A DNA stretch of 63,763 nt, counting the filler, from Licmophora abbreviata (lineage: Eukaryota), in the NCBI GenBank assembly GCA_900291995.1. It is 12 parts of 12 records of this genome, joined end to end, with 100 filler letters (N's around TTAATTAATTAA, not from the genome) between each part and the next. Parts side by side here need not be neighbours in the genome. Positions count along the whole stretch, not along the records: positions 32,631 to 49,183 come from OLMU01003094.1; 11 more parts are not named here. The stretch is one strand, 5' to 3'. Below are positions 34,181 to 45,560 of this stretch, one piece after another. Numbering within the stretch: position 1 is the stretch's first letter; the number at the start of each line of letters is the position of its first letter. A model generated the notes under the pieces. It was not told the origin of the DNA. It saw nothing but the letters and a program-made list of their open reading frames with translations, and did no database searches. A program made the position numbers and the translations under genes.

Positions 34181-37100
34181 TCACTCTAAACCGAATCCTT
34201 CGCATTCTAGAATAGCTCGACCAAGAAGCCGCGAGAGTTTGTCGAAATCGGCACCGTAATCGGGTAGAAGTAGTGTATTGAAGCACGTGTGCGAAGTGGG
34301 AAGTTGTGGCGAGTCTGCACCTGCCCGTTGGATCTTGAAGGGCAGTTCGCCTAGGCCCCCAATTGGGGCTTGACTACTGCCTGTGGCAAACTTTAGGAAT
34401 TTGATCTGGCTCTCCGGGGAAGATTCCTTGACAAAGCGCCAAAAGTTACGAATCACCTCTGAATCTTTATCGTATCCACCTTCGTACTCGGCGTTAGACT
34501 CGAGCGCATCGAAGTCCAATTCTGGCGTGCCGACCACGAGAAGTTCGAGCTCGTCAGGCTGGAAGAGATTGAGACTGGCGTTTTCCATTACTCGTCGGAT
34601 CCCACTTTCGAAGGCATCCCATTGCGGCTGAATACTGTCGACGAGGAGCCACTTGACGTACAGCAGCACGTACTCTTCCCGATTGTCGCTCGTCACTGGA
34701 ATGTCAGAGCCACCAGGCTTTAGCTCAATCTTCTGCTCCTGACCAAGATTCGACCACGTTACTTCGAAATTGAGACAGAAAATGTACTCTACGTCGTCAG
34801 ATTCATAGTCGAGGAGTTGCTTCAAGCCTTTCTTGAGTTCTTCGTCCACCAAGTCCTCCAGACCGAGAGGCAAACCCAGAAGCTTCCGAAAGACTGCCGT
34901 AGGAAAGTGAACGTCAAGGAGCACACCATTGTACAACGCCAACCCCACAAGCACGCCGCACAGCTCAAAGTTTTCATTGTCCCAAGTACAGTCCGAATTG
35001 AACCACGTGACATCAGATCCAAAACGACTAGACCACATGCCCGAGGTCACGTCAAAGAGAGCTTCGCTCAAAAGCTGAAAGAACTCTTTCGTGACGCCAC
35101 CGGCATCAATCCCCTCCTCGCCCTTAAACACAACTCGCAGCTTCTTCCGCAGCTCGTCGGGCTTTGCTTTCTTGACTTTCTCCAACGCCTGGTGCAAGAT
35201 GTGCTCACGCTCAATCTCCAGCACAAAGAAAGGATCGACGGTGTACGTCCCTTCGTCAGCGTTGAAGGTCACATCCTGCGTCACCACTTTGATCATCTCA
35301 ACTTGGTTCTCAATTTGCAGCAAATTCCGCTTAGCCCCCGGAGACAGGAGAAAAGGATTAGCACAGAGGAAGAATCGTGTCGCGCGTTGGGCCTTGTTTG
35401 CGTTCTTGAGTCGCGCCAAGTCGTCGTATAGGGCTTCGGCGGGAATTTTGTCAACACTTTCACTATAGAAATCGTTTGGTGATGCCAGATCGCTTACTCG
35501 TTCAGATGCCGAATGCAGCCAACGCAAGACGGCCACAATAACAGGAGTGGCACGCCGTGAAAGATGATTGTGCTGGACTCCGTTTTCGTCAACATCGAAC
35601 CGTAGACCGTTATCAAGCTGTGTGAGCAGCGGGCGAACGAGCATCCGGACAAAGAGTTCTCTGGAATAGATTGATGTTGCCCATGTAAGCAAGGCCTTAT
35701 ACCCTTCAAAAGGAAGACTGAGAATCGTTTCGCAGAGAGCAGTAATACCGTCACCAAGACGATCAAACATGACGTCCGTCCCAGCCATATTGCGATCGAA
35801 AAATTTTAGGTACAAAAGCAAACATCGGACAGTTTCGGGGTATATCATTCGCGCATTATCTGGGCGAATTTTTCCAAGTCCGGTCCTAATCCCATTCTCG
35901 ATTGCCGTGGCGATCGATTGTTGGAATTTAGGATTGCCGATGGAAATAAGCTTCGAATACATTTGATCCAGCTCAGCCGGATCCATAAAGAGACTGTTCA
36001 GGGCCGCCGGGCAGCTCAATAACTCTTCGGTTCTATTCGCGAGCTCCTTGCCAGCAGGACTAACATCAAGTGCACCGTCTGTCCCTTCTTTCTCTTCCAC
36101 CGTTTCCAGTAGTCCTTCCATACTCTCTGCGATTAAGCTGCCTGCGATGGCCTCGCTTTCGAGAGTCACAGAAAAATTACGGCGAAGGGCGCCAATGCCT
36201 GCGGGAGCGACAGCAATGCTCTCCTGACCGCCAGCAGCGATCGTTAACACTGTTTTGCCACTCAGAACCTGCTCTGGACCTGTCATCTTGTTTCGGCCCA
36301 TCTGCCAAACACCACCGATGTCGTCCAGGAGCAAAGTATGACCATCTCCCGCTTCTGCCGTCACGAATCGTCGACCAGCGCTAACTTCCGGATGGTCGAC
36401 AGGCTCGACACTTGTCGCAGGATCTTTAGATGTTAGGCCAAGTTGCCCTTCTTCGTTGTTCCCACAGCATAACAGCCGACCCGATCGAGTGACGAGCACA
36501 GTGTGCTGGTCTCCGCAAGCCGCATGTACGATAGCAACATCGTCCGCTAAAGACACGCCGTCTCCATCCCACACTGCCCAGTTCACAAACGGTTTCGGGC
36601 CATCCTTCGCAGCACGCGCACTGTCGGGCATATGAATCGGCACTGGCAACGTGACGGATTCAGGATAGGGTCTTCCGCAGCACCCCGAACGATTGTCACC
36701 CCAACCAAAGGCGGTCCCGTGAATCGTCAAGACGATCGCATGTCGATTTCCAGCAGAAACACCAACGAGCGGAAGGCCCTCGACAGCAGGGATGGGCGAG
36801 GGCACGTGATGATTGTCTTCCTTGTGATAGCCAGCAATGTCCGGTGCACCACAAGCTAGCAGCGACATGCGCGTAGTGAGGACCAGCGTGAAGCCGTGCC
36901 CACAAGCGACTGCGGACGCGTGACGGCCGCCGCCGAGCAGCATTCCTTGAGGACGACAGAACGAGGCTGACGTGTGAGCAGACTGGCCTGGAGGGCGACG
37001 GCCAAGCTGACCTTCTTTGTTGCTGCCCCATGTCAAAACAGAACCGTTGCTGGACAACGCCGCCGTATGATCAAAACCGCAGCTCACTTGCACAACACGT

Positions 37101-38173
37101 GTCTGTCCGATCGACTCCAACAATGCCGGCCTGCGAATGATTTCCTCGTCTCGACGGTCGGGATCAACAGCGCCCTCTCGATTGAGACCGCAGACGTATA
37201 CCTGCCCTCGCGTTGTAGCGCATGCCGTATGGCCTTGGCTGGTAGCGACGGACAATATGGCAGGGGCGCCAGGGCGACCAATCCGAGATTCCTTGCTTAC
37301 AAGGGCTTCTTCGACAGTCTTGTCTTCAGCGTCATCGTGCAGCGACTGAACACCGGATCCCCATGAAAAGACAAGAGAAGCGCTACTACTCTCGGGGAGC
37401 CGCAGCGATCCAGAAAGAGACCCCGACGAAACGAACAACTCCTGGTGCTTCGACAAGAGCATGGACCGCTCGGGCGTGTCCAGGCTCATGATCTCGTCCT
37501 CCGCCTCCTCATGTGTTCTAGTTTCCACGACGGGCGACAAGAGACCAGCCCCATTCTCATGTAAGTCCAGATCTACCTGAAAGCCTTCCGCTTGATCTGC
37601 TCTCAAGCGACTCGCCACCAACGCGCTGGGCCGACGTGCCTGACGTGCGTACTGTGCTCGACGATCTTTCCCTGCCGCCGTGACCTCTCCTGCCCCAGTG
37701 GCATCGCCCTGAGCCTCGGCTTCTCCTCTGCCTTCTCCTTCCGTCTCTCCTATTTTCTCCAAAGATGCACCAAGACTGCCATGTGACAGTGAAGACAAGA
37801 GTCGTTCGCGAGTACTCTGGCGCTGACGCTGCAAACTATCCGATCCACGCACCAGGCCAAGAGGAATCCGCGACGAATGAGCCAATTCAGCGGTTCGAAG
37901 ACGCTCGGACAGCTGCGACAAGGACTGATCGCGGCTTTCATCTCCGCACTGCGACAAGGCTGTATCGAGATGAGAGTGAATGTCTCCCAGGGCCGACTGG
38001 ATCGAATTGAAGGCAGCTCTTCCAACGCTGGCACGGCGCTGTCTCGTCCGTGGCGACGCTTCCAGGCCCCGTTCGACCTGAGCGAGCTGTTCATCGATAG
38101 TGCGCAAGTCCTCCTCGGCCGACGAGGGCCGTTCTACTTCGGGATCTTCCATGCTTCCGCTGGTGCTGCTCAT
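34181..38173 (-). CDS. HERC-type E3 ubiquitin ligase (RCC1-like repeats + HECT)
   Basis: RCC1 repeats (VSCGFDHT, WGSNKEGQLG, ACGDQHT) and HECT motifs FKGEEGIDAGGVTKEFF and LPTSHTCFNTLLLPDY, ending GFGLE. Confidence 0.95.
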   Translation of the reverse strand: MSSTSGSMEDPEVERPSSAEEDLRTIDEQLAQVERGLEASPRTRQRRASVGRAAFNSIQSALGDIHSHLDTALSQCGDESRDQSLSQLSERLRTAELAHSSRIPLGLVRGSDSLQRQRQSTRERLLSSLSHGSLGASLEKIGETEGEGRGEAEAQGDATGAGEVTAAGKDRRAQYARQARRPSALVASRLRADQAEGFQVDLDLHENGAGLLSPVVETRTHEEAEDEIMSLDTPERSMLLSKHQELFVSSGSLSGSLRLPESSSASLVFSWGSGVQSLHDDAEDKTVEEALVSKESRIGRPGAPAILSVATSQGHTACATTRGQVYVCGLNREGAVDPDRRDEEIIRRPALLESIGQTRVVQVSCGFDHTAALSSNGSVLTWGSNKEGQLGRRPPGQSAHTSASFCRPQGMLLGGGRHASAVACGHGFTLVLTTRMSLLACGAPDIAGYHKEDNHHVPSPIPAVEGLPLVGVSAGNRHAIVLTIHGTAFGWGDNRSGCCGRPYPESVTLPVPIHMPDSARAAKDGPKPFVNWAVWDGDGVSLADDVAIVHAACGDQHTVLVTRSGRLLCCGNNEEGQLGLTSKDPATSVEPVDHPEVSAGRRFVTAEAGDGHTLLLDDIGGVWQMGRNKMTGPEQVLSGKTVLTIAAGGQESIAVAPAGIGALRRNFSVTLESEAIAGSLIAESMEGLLETVEEKEGTDGALDVSPAGKELANRTEELLSCPAALNSLFMDPAELDQMYSKLISIGNPKFQQSIATAIENGIRTGLGKIRPDNARMIYPETVRCLLLYLKFFDRNMAGTDVMFDRLGDGITALCETILSLPFEGYKALLTWATSIYSRELFVRMLVRPLLTQLDNGLRFDVDENGVQHNHLSRRATPVIVAVLRWLHSASERVSDLASPNDFYSESVDKIPAEALYDDLARLKNANKAQRATRFFLCANPFLLSPGAKRNLLQIENQVEMIKVVTQDVTFNADEGTYTVDPFFVLEIEREHILHQALEKVKKAKPDELRKKLRVVFKGEEGIDAGGVTKEFFQLLSEALFDVTSGMWSSRFGSDVTWFNSDCTWDNENFELCGVLVGLALYNGVLLDVHFPTAVFRKLLGLPLGLEDLVDEELKKGLKQLLDYESDDVEYIFCLNFEVTWSNLGQEQKIELKPGGSDIPVTSDNREEYVLLYVKWLLVDSIQPQWDAFESGIRRVMENASLNLFQPDELELLVVGTPELDFDALESNAEYEGGYDKDSEVIRNFWRFVKESSPESQIKFLKFATGSSQAPIGGLGELPFKIQRAGADSPQLPTSHTCFNTLLLPDYGADFDKLSRLLGRAILECEGFGLE

Positions 38174-38477
38174 GGCTCCTGGCCATCGACGAATGATGTC
38201 GCGAACTAAACGTCAATTCGGAAAAAAAGATTGGAAGAACCTCTCCTTTTGCTCTGGTGCTTGGAGTTCGGCAAGAGAGAAGAGTGTTCGCGCTCTTTCT
38301 GCGAGCTCTCCAGTCGAATCCGGGATCGGGCCGGGCCAGCGCGTCGCGCGCAAAACTTGAGAAAGCACCGGCGTGTCTAGAGTACCGATCTCCATTTTTC
38401 TCTTGTTCGAAGATACCAGTCTTGGTGTACCATATCATAGACCATAGGTCCGCGTCTAGGTTCCCACAGAATAGAGC

Positions 38478-40489
38478 ATGTTTGCCGTAGCAGCCTTCCT
38501 CCTGGGGTCGGCCGTCACGGTCGCGGCGTCGCGCTACTGGAGCCGAAAGCAGTCGGACGAGGCGACAGAAGAAGCTAGCATCGCTCCAAGATCCATGCTC
38601 CGTGGAGTAGGCGGAGGACTGGTGCAGTCGTCGTATGCTGTCGCGACGACTGCAGAAGAGAACGTTGGCTTTTTCAGCGACATGATTCGAGAACTGTGGA
38701 CCTATATCAATATGGCGGGCTCTCAGACCATCCGAGAGTCCCTAGAGCCCATGTTTGAGAACATGAGTCCCAAGATTCGCATCACGAAACTCGATCTTGG
38801 CACGGTTCCGATCCGGCTCGACAACATTGTCATACACAAGATCAAGGACGGCTGTGTCAGAATGGAAGTCGACGTGATCTGGGACGGTGACTGTGATATA
38901 GAAATGAAGGCGAACATTATTTCCTTCGGAGTCGAGTCTGTCAAGCTCAGTGGACGAATGAGCGTCCTGTACAAACCCCTTACGAACAAACTACCGATCG
39001 TTGGCGCCGTACAGTATTCCTTCGTCAATCCTCCCTCCTTGACACTCGACTTTACTGGTCTTGCAGCTGTCGCCGAGTTCAGCGTCCTCGAGAACAAGGT
39101 CAAGAACACCATCAAGGACAGCTTGTCCAGTATGGTGCTACCCAACCGAATGATGTACAAGATGGACGAGAAGCTCAAGCTCTTTGATGTTTACGAGCCT
39201 CCGCTTGGTATCGCTCGCGTCACATTGGTCAAGGGTGATGGTTATGTCGTGGAACAGAGGTCTCTTAGGAAGAACGACATACCAGACGTGTACTGCAACA
39301 TTACTGTCGGCAACAGTCGAGCGTGGAAAACGTCGGTTGTCAAGAATAGTTTGGCGCCCGAATGGAATGAATCGGCTGACTTTTTGCTGTCGGATCAAGA
39401 CCAAGTGATTGAAATACATGCATGGGATGAAGATCTAGGATCGCTGGATGCTGACGATGATTTGGGTGTGGCCAAGGTCAGCGTGGGCGAGGTGCTCCTA
39501 GCGGGAAGGACCAAGCGTGTGGAACTGCAGCAGGCGAATAGGGGAACTGGCGCGTTCGTCACTCTTCAGTGTGAAATCCTGGAACTGACGACCGACACGC
39601 AGGACTTGCAGCTGTCCCCAAAGAAAAACCCATCGATGAGAACGCATTCTACGGGATTATGACGATTCTTGTCCAGGGCGCCTACGATTTGCCTCTCAAG
39701 AAAGCGACGGCGGCTTCCTTCGTCAAGGTGACTTGCGGTGGACGAGAGTTCCTGACGAGTACCGTCACAGACAATCCTGGAGTCGACGCTCTCAACCCTG
39801 TGTTTGAGAGTCCCTTTGTTGTCCCTCTTGACCACGCCTTGGTGGGGAACGACGTGGTGCTGGATCTCATCAACGGCAAAGGCACTCTTCTCGGTACGAC
39901 GACGGTGACCTATGCTTCCTTGTTGAAGGTGCAAGGCAAGTCAATCCAGGAGAAACGAAAGATCGGCAACCGCGGAGCATCCGTAGAATTTTGCGTCTCT
40001 GTACGTGGCCTCGCACTGTCGGCTGCTACCACTCCACCGGCGACTTCTTCTCAGAATGCCATGGCTCCCTCGTCACCAGAGATGTCGGGCGTTGAGGCTG
40101 GTGGTCACGGCACAGTCCGTGTCACGGCCGTCAAGGGCCGCGGCTTTCCTATTCAACGTAAACGATTCAAGAAAAATGACATTCCCGACGTCTATTGCAA
40201 TATTACCTTTGGCTCGAGCCCCACAGTTTGGAGGACTTCTACAATCAAGAACAACACCGAGCCCCAATGGAATGAATCCATGGACTACACGTTGCTGCAC
40301 CACAGCCAGATCATTCAGATCGGTACATTCGATGAAGACAAAGGAAGTAGCGACCCGGACGATGACTTGGGAAGCGGTAGAGTGGCCGTCGGTAAGGTGC
40401 TCTTGGCAGGCGGAAGCCTCGAAGTGGAGCTTCAACGAAGCGGAAAGCCCACTGGAGGGTTCGTCACGCTCCGCTGCGATATGGTTTAG
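38478..40489 (+). CDS. Extended synaptotagmin/tricalbin-like protein (TM-SMP-C2-C2-C2), with an apparent 1-nt frameshift
   Basis: N-terminal anchor, SMP domain (LWTYI...KLDLGTVP...FVNPP.L.LDFTG) and C2 domains DIPDVYC...WNES...DED...DDDLG (twice). The frame changes between 39575 and 39659. Confidence 0.88.
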
Positions 40490-40564
40490 TAGATACTTGA
40501 AAGAGTGGTTGCTTAGTTTCCCCATGGTGATTCATTCTAGCAAGCAGTGCTCTCTAGCGGTTAG

Positions 40565-42805
40565 CTAGTATGTTCGACGACGATTGTCTCGATGACCTCC
40601 GCTATTCTGTCGCCGGCGCTCGTCGTCACCTCCGCGTCGTTCCCCACGCTGTTGAGGTGGAGGGCCACGTCCAGGAGCATTGGGCTGCTCTACGGGTCTT
40701 CGTGCAGGCTCAAAGTTCGGTCGCCGCCTGCCTCTTCCTGCTCCACCCCCTCGACCTCTGCCTCCGCCTCGAAAGTCGCCCCCTGGAGCGGTTCGGGGAC
40801 GAGGCTCCTCTCCTCGTCGACGCTTACTCGGGTGGTCTCCGCCTCTCGGAGCTGATTCCGGCGAATTGCTTGCAGCCCGCTTCCGCTTAGAACTAGCCGT
40901 ACTGGCTGCTTGAGATTTCTCCGTCGGCTTGGACGGATCCTTCTTTGAAGAGCCAGCCTCCTTTTTGGCAGGTTCAGCCTTGGCTTCCCCTTCATTATCG
41001 TCCTCCGAACCATGAAGCTCTTCCTCCTCCTCGACCACAGTCTTTTCAAACTCGTTCACTTTTTCGTCCCCGTCCTCGGCTGAACTCGGGCTTGGCACTT
41101 CATCTTCCTCCTCTTCGGACGCAACACCCCCAACAGAGGCATTCGACTCGTCTTGGTCGTTCATTTCGACGTCGCCCTCTTTCTTGGGATTCTCCGCGCC
41201 AGCATTCTTTGCGGCCGTATCCACGTCGTAATCGACGATTACCTCCTCCCCTGGCGCTTCTCCCGGAACCTCTGCCTTTTTCTCTTGCTCGTATATGTGG
41301 CGAACCATTTGCTCAAAGTCACCATTGCTTTTCTGGACCATGCCAAACATGGGCAAGTGGCCGCGACTCAACAATCTCATGGCTCTCCATGAAAAAAGCT
41401 TATCGTTCTTGGGGTGATACTCTTCCTCAATACCGGCATCCGGATCAAGTGCGTCGACGTAGTCCTCCAAGAACGTATAGACGTCGGGCACCGCCTCACG
41501 CATGCCTTTGGAAATTACCGCCAGCTCGTCCATGGAAAGAGGCTTGTCGTGAAAGAGAGTGTCGGGCGTCGCGGTTTTGCTTCCAAGAGGTTCATCTAGA
41601 GATGTCCTCTTCCCTTTTTCTGCCATTTTGTCATTTTCCTCTACATGCATTTCCATGTCGGGCTTACACTTGTTCTTTTTCCAATTTCGCCACATGGACT
41701 CGCGCTCCGATAGCAACCAGTGCAGAGTTTGCAAATGCTCTTTGCCACCGCTGCTGCTTTCCAACAGCGCCTTGGCGCGCGTCGTCAGATCTCGTAGCGT
41801 CGATTGTAGCTGGCTTGACTGCGACGAGACAAACGCTTCGACAATGAGATACTGCGTCAAAATGTGCCGACAAAACATGGGATCCTGCAGTTGAATCGGT
41901 AACAAGCGACCGCGCGTCAAGTACTCCAGCGTCGAAGTTGGCAAGAGAGGATCCGAAACACCACTACCGCCACTACGACTTTTGGAAAGAATCGACTGGC
42001 TTTCCAGTGTGGCGAGAATGGTGCGCATATTGGGGAGAAAGGTCGTAAAGGAAATGGCGTAGGGATTGGAGAAGTCCTTTTGGACACTCCAAAACGTCTC
42101 GTAGAGCGAGTACTGAAAGTGCGGCTCGACACTATCCTTCAGCGGTGTAGGAATTTCTGGCATACTGATTGAAGTTTGTTGGAGTTCTTCGTCGTAATCG
42201 TCTTCGTCCTGATAGTATGAATCACCGGTGCCGTCATGCGGATGCGACGATACACTGCCCCACTGTTTGAGACTGGATCGATCGTGGAGTGGCAAGACTT
42301 GAGCGAGATCCATCAAGATTCGCCCTGCGGTAGACGGATTCGGCGTAGCGAAGGAAAGCTTACGGAGCAATGAATTGCAACAGCGGATCCATTGCAGCAC
42401 GTGACTGCTGGTGGTCGTCGTGTTCCAGAGTATACCGCTACATAGAGTAGAGGTATCCACAGTGGCGTCCCAAAATTCGAGCAGTTTTGTCAAGAGCAAG
42501 ACGTCGACAGCATCTTCCAGTAAAATAAATGGCAGCTTTCGTAGGTAGACACCGAGCTTGTCTTCGTTGGACTCCACAGCAGCGATGCAAAACTTCCAGA
42601 ACGACGTGAACAAAGTCTGAAGCTGGTCGGTGCTGGAGTCAGCGAGACACTCGAGCCAATGTGAGCGAATCTTCGCTTCCAGAGAGTCGTAGGCGCCCGA
42701 CGGCGATTCCGATGAGTCATTCAAGAGTGTCTGTGCATACTCTTGAATAGATTCGGGCAATCTGTCCATGGAAAAGGCGGAGGAAGTTTCCGTAGCAGTC
42801 GCCAT
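40565..42805 (-). CDS. THOC1: THO complex subunit 1 (Hpr1)
   Basis: LYETFWSVQKDFSNP, YLTRGRLLPIQLQDPMFCRHILTQYLI, RESMWRNWKKNKC and DPDAGIEEEYHPKNDKLFSWRAMRLL, with an RGG-rich tail. The start codon is uncertain (upstream in-frame ATGs exist). Confidence 0.88.
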   Translation of the reverse strand: MATATETSSAFSMDRLPESIQEYAQTLLNDSSESPSGAYDSLEAKIRSHWLECLADSSTDQLQTLFTSFWKFCIAAVESNEDKLGVYLRKLPFILLEDAVDVLLLTKLLEFWDATVDTSTLCSGILWNTTTTSSHVLQWIRCCNSLLRKLSFATPNPSTAGRILMDLAQVLPLHDRSSLKQWGSVSSHPHDGTGDSYYQDEDDYDEELQQTSISMPEIPTPLKDSVEPHFQYSLYETFWSVQKDFSNPYAISFTTFLPNMRTILATLESQSILSKSRSGGSGVSDPLLPTSTLEYLTRGRLLPIQLQDPMFCRHILTQYLIVEAFVSSQSSQLQSTLRDLTTRAKALLESSSGGKEHLQTLHWLLSERESMWRNWKKNKCKPDMEMHVEENDKMAEKGKRTSLDEPLGSKTATPDTLFHDKPLSMDELAVISKGMREAVPDVYTFLEDYVDALDPDAGIEEEYHPKNDKLFSWRAMRLLSRGHLPMFGMVQKSNGDFEQMVRHIYEQEKKAEVPGEAPGEEVIVDYDVDTAAKNAGAENPKKEGDVEMNDQDESNASVGGVASEEEEDEVPSPSSAEDGDEKVNEFEKTVVEEEEELHGSEDDNEGEAKAEPAKKEAGSSKKDPSKPTEKSQAASTASSKRKRAASNSPESAPRGGDHPSKRRRGEEPRPRTAPGGDFRGGGRGRGGGAGRGRRRPNFEPARRPVEQPNAPGRGPPPQQRGERRGGDDERRRQNSGGHRDNRRRTY

Positions 42806-43069
42806 GGTCCAGCGGTGGACGGCGAGAGACTTCGGATTGAGATTTTCATTTTGGAGCGTTGTCTGTGACATTAACTTTCCGGGTTCCATCTCGTGTTGAA
42901 GTGGACTGATGACGAGCGATCGCGCGCGCACGACTTTTTACCCCCGCGACCACACTGCTATGATACACGATGAAGGGAAGAGCCGTTGTATCGTCGTCTT
43001 GAAAGCTCTTCTTCCGTTACATCTAGGAATCCCTGTAGAGAGGCCAATCCTGTGATTCCCTATTTCGCA

Positions 43070-44365
43070 ATGGCGGACATTAATTCGAGAATCGCAGCTG
43101 CAGAGAATCAGGTAAGATCTACGGAAAAGACATCGCTGTAATGCCAAGACAAGAAAAGGTATCCGTGAATTCGGCGATTGTCGTATCCAAGTCTTGGAAG
43201 TCACCTTTTACTCTCGGACTCGTTTTGGATCCAAAATTACGTCGTTCCTTATCATTTCTGATCGTCAAGAAGAGACAGAGCGATTTCGAAGTCGAATAAA
43301 GCCCCCAAATTGAAAGGAAACTCACCCTTGTTTGCTTTTCACACACAGGTCACTTCGCTCGAGGCGGAACTGACAAGTCTCCAAGCATCTCAGGTGACCC
43401 TTTCTTCCGTTTCTCGAGGAACACCGCTATCTTCTACCCGCAGCCCCCCTGCCACGAAGCTTCGTCGCACCTTGAAAGGACACTTTGGTAAGGTCGTGGA
43501 CTTGCACTGGGCGGGGGACGGTACATCGCTCGTGAGTGCCTCCCAGGATGGTAAGCTCCTCCTGTGGAACGCCGTCACTACGTCAAAAAAGAAGGCAGTA
43601 TCGCTGAAATCCAATTATGTCATGGCCGTTGGAATGGAACAAACGCAGAGCAACCTTGTCGCCTGCGGCGGACTGGACAATCTCTGTACGGTCTACAAAT
43701 GGAGTGCTCCCGATACTGCTCTACTCGAAATGGCATCGCATGATGGATATGTCAGCTGCTGTCGTTTCAGGAGTACTTCGCAGGTGCTTACGTCGAGCGG
43801 AGATGGATCCATCATTCAGTGGGACCTGAACAGCGGCCGCGTCATGGATGTTTTGGAAGAGCATAAACAGGATGTCATGCGTCTCAGTATCAGTCCGACT
43901 AGTCCCAATACAGTTGTCTCTTGCAGCGTCGACAGGTCGGCCAAGGTGTGGGATTTGAGGAGTCCCAAGGCGAGTGTCCAGACCTTTGTTGGCCATCAAG
44001 GAGACATTGATGGCGTCGAGTTCATGTCGAACGGACTGTGTTTTGGAACGGCCAGTGAGGACGGAACATCCCGCGTGTACGACTTGCGATCGTACCGCCA
44101 GGTGGCTCAGTTTGGAACGCTGGTGGCGCCGACAGTCGACGCCACCAATCATGGACTGACCTCTGTGACGTTCAGTGGCAGTGGGCGTATTCTGTTTGCG
44201 GGACATGCCGACGGCCATGTCTTGGCGTGGGATGTGTTGAAAGGTAGTGGGGCGCCAACGTTTACGTTGCCTCATGAGTCGCACGTTTCGTGTGTCGGAG
44301 TCAATCCCAAAGGAGATGCACTTTGCACCGGTTCATGGGATTCGGCCTTGAAGATTTGGGCATGA
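43070..44365 (+). CDS. GNB: Heterotrimeric G-protein beta subunit, 2 exons
   Basis: Exon 1 at 43070-43111 (MADINSRIAAAENQ), intron 43112-43348, then RRTLKGH, SASQDGKL, ACGGLDN, HDGYVSCCRF, LTSSGD and TGSWDSALKIWA. Confidence 0.92.
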
Positions 44366-44509
44366 GTAGTGGCACTTGAGATTATCAGGAGAAAAGCAGA
44401 GAGAGAGAGAGAGTGCTATGGTTGTACGTAAAAAAACAATAGTGACGTCGTTTTAAGAATGATTGTCAAGAAACGACCCAAGGGCCGACCTGATTCTCAT
44501 GATATCATA

Positions 44510-45271
44510 CTACAGTGCGCCGTGGGCAATGTATATTTCAATGTTGTAGGCCGGATCGCTCAACACTCGTTCGACCTGTCCTATATGCGGCGAGCCTCGC
44601 AATCGTTGTAGAAACTTGTCAACTCCATCCGCGTTGCGCCGTTCGACACTCGTCAGCATCAACGTCTTGGGATTTTCTCGCAGGACTTCCTCCATGACTT
44701 CGACAAGCAGCATCCAACTGGTTCCGTAAAGAGGTTCGTAAACGCAATCGCAGTTGAGAACAATGTCAAACTGATGATGAGGCTCGTATTCCTTCAATAG
44801 CTGCTCTATGCCAGGTTTGGACCACGAGAGGGGTCTTGCCAGTATTGACGATTCATGAGTTTCGGCAAAATTATGTCGCAAGTTTCGTTCAAGCTGCGAC
44901 AAGATGCTCTGCTGGTCCGTGAGGCACACCTGCGAGTGATACAAAGCATGCAGAATCATGCCAGGTACCCCCAGGCCGCATCCGAGTTCCAGGATTCGAC
45001 AACCGTCCTTGTTGTCCAGTACTGCGCCGTGGTGCTTTACTAGGTAGTCCACTGCGGCAATGGCTGCATGCCACACTCTTGTACCTGCCCACTGGGCGCC
45101 TGCAAACAAGGGGGCAATGTCGTCCGGTTCCAGTAACGTGGATAAATGAAGGGGAGATCTCATTCCGGAATGCCATTGGACGGAAACGGCTTGTTCGAGT
45201 CCGTCGTCGTTTCGAATGCTTTGAAACTGGATTTTTGACATGTACGGATCCTCTTCAGGGTTACTGCTCAT
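44510..45271 (-). CDS. METTL21-like (family 16) SAM-dependent protein-lysine methyltransferase
   Basis: GTRVWHAA, ILELGCGLGVPG, LTDQ, LSW and DIVLNCDCVY (DxxY). Confidence 0.88.
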   Translation of the reverse strand: MSSNPEEDPYMSKIQFQSIRNDDGLEQAVSVQWHSGMRSPLHLSTLLEPDDIAPLFAGAQWAGTRVWHAAIAAVDYLVKHHGAVLDNKDGCRILELGCGLGVPGMILHALYHSQVCLTDQQSILSQLERNLRHNFAETHESSILARPLSWSKPGIEQLLKEYEPHHQFDIVLNCDCVYEPLYGTSWMLLVEVMEEVLRENPKTLMLTSVERRNADGVDKFLQRLRGSPHIGQVERVLSDPAYNIEIYIAHGAL

Positions 45272-45560
45272 CCTGGAACGTTCTAGTTCTCAACACGCAG
45301 CGAGAGGATGACTCTGCCCTGGTGCTTGCTTCGTTCACTCCAGTCTGAGTATTTCAAGGCGTGTGATGCGTTTGTTCGATGGTCGAATTGCGCTTCATGT
45401 TGGAGAGGGGTATGATACCAGGTACCATGACGACAGCATGACGTAGTACGTGCGACACGAAACGAGACAGAAAAGCTGTGAAAGATATCGAAGTCACTTT
45501 TGACATCAGTCCACCATGATGTGTGTGCCGTTTGGCTTTTGAACAGCATCTCCATCCACC

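Noticed and set aside
40945..41847. 300-aa antisense ORF over THOC1, and many other shadow ORFs
   Set aside because: No recognisable motifs. Expected opposite or overlapping real genes at this GC content.
44398..44413. (AG)8 microsatellite between convergent genes
   Set aside because: Ordinary short simple repeat.
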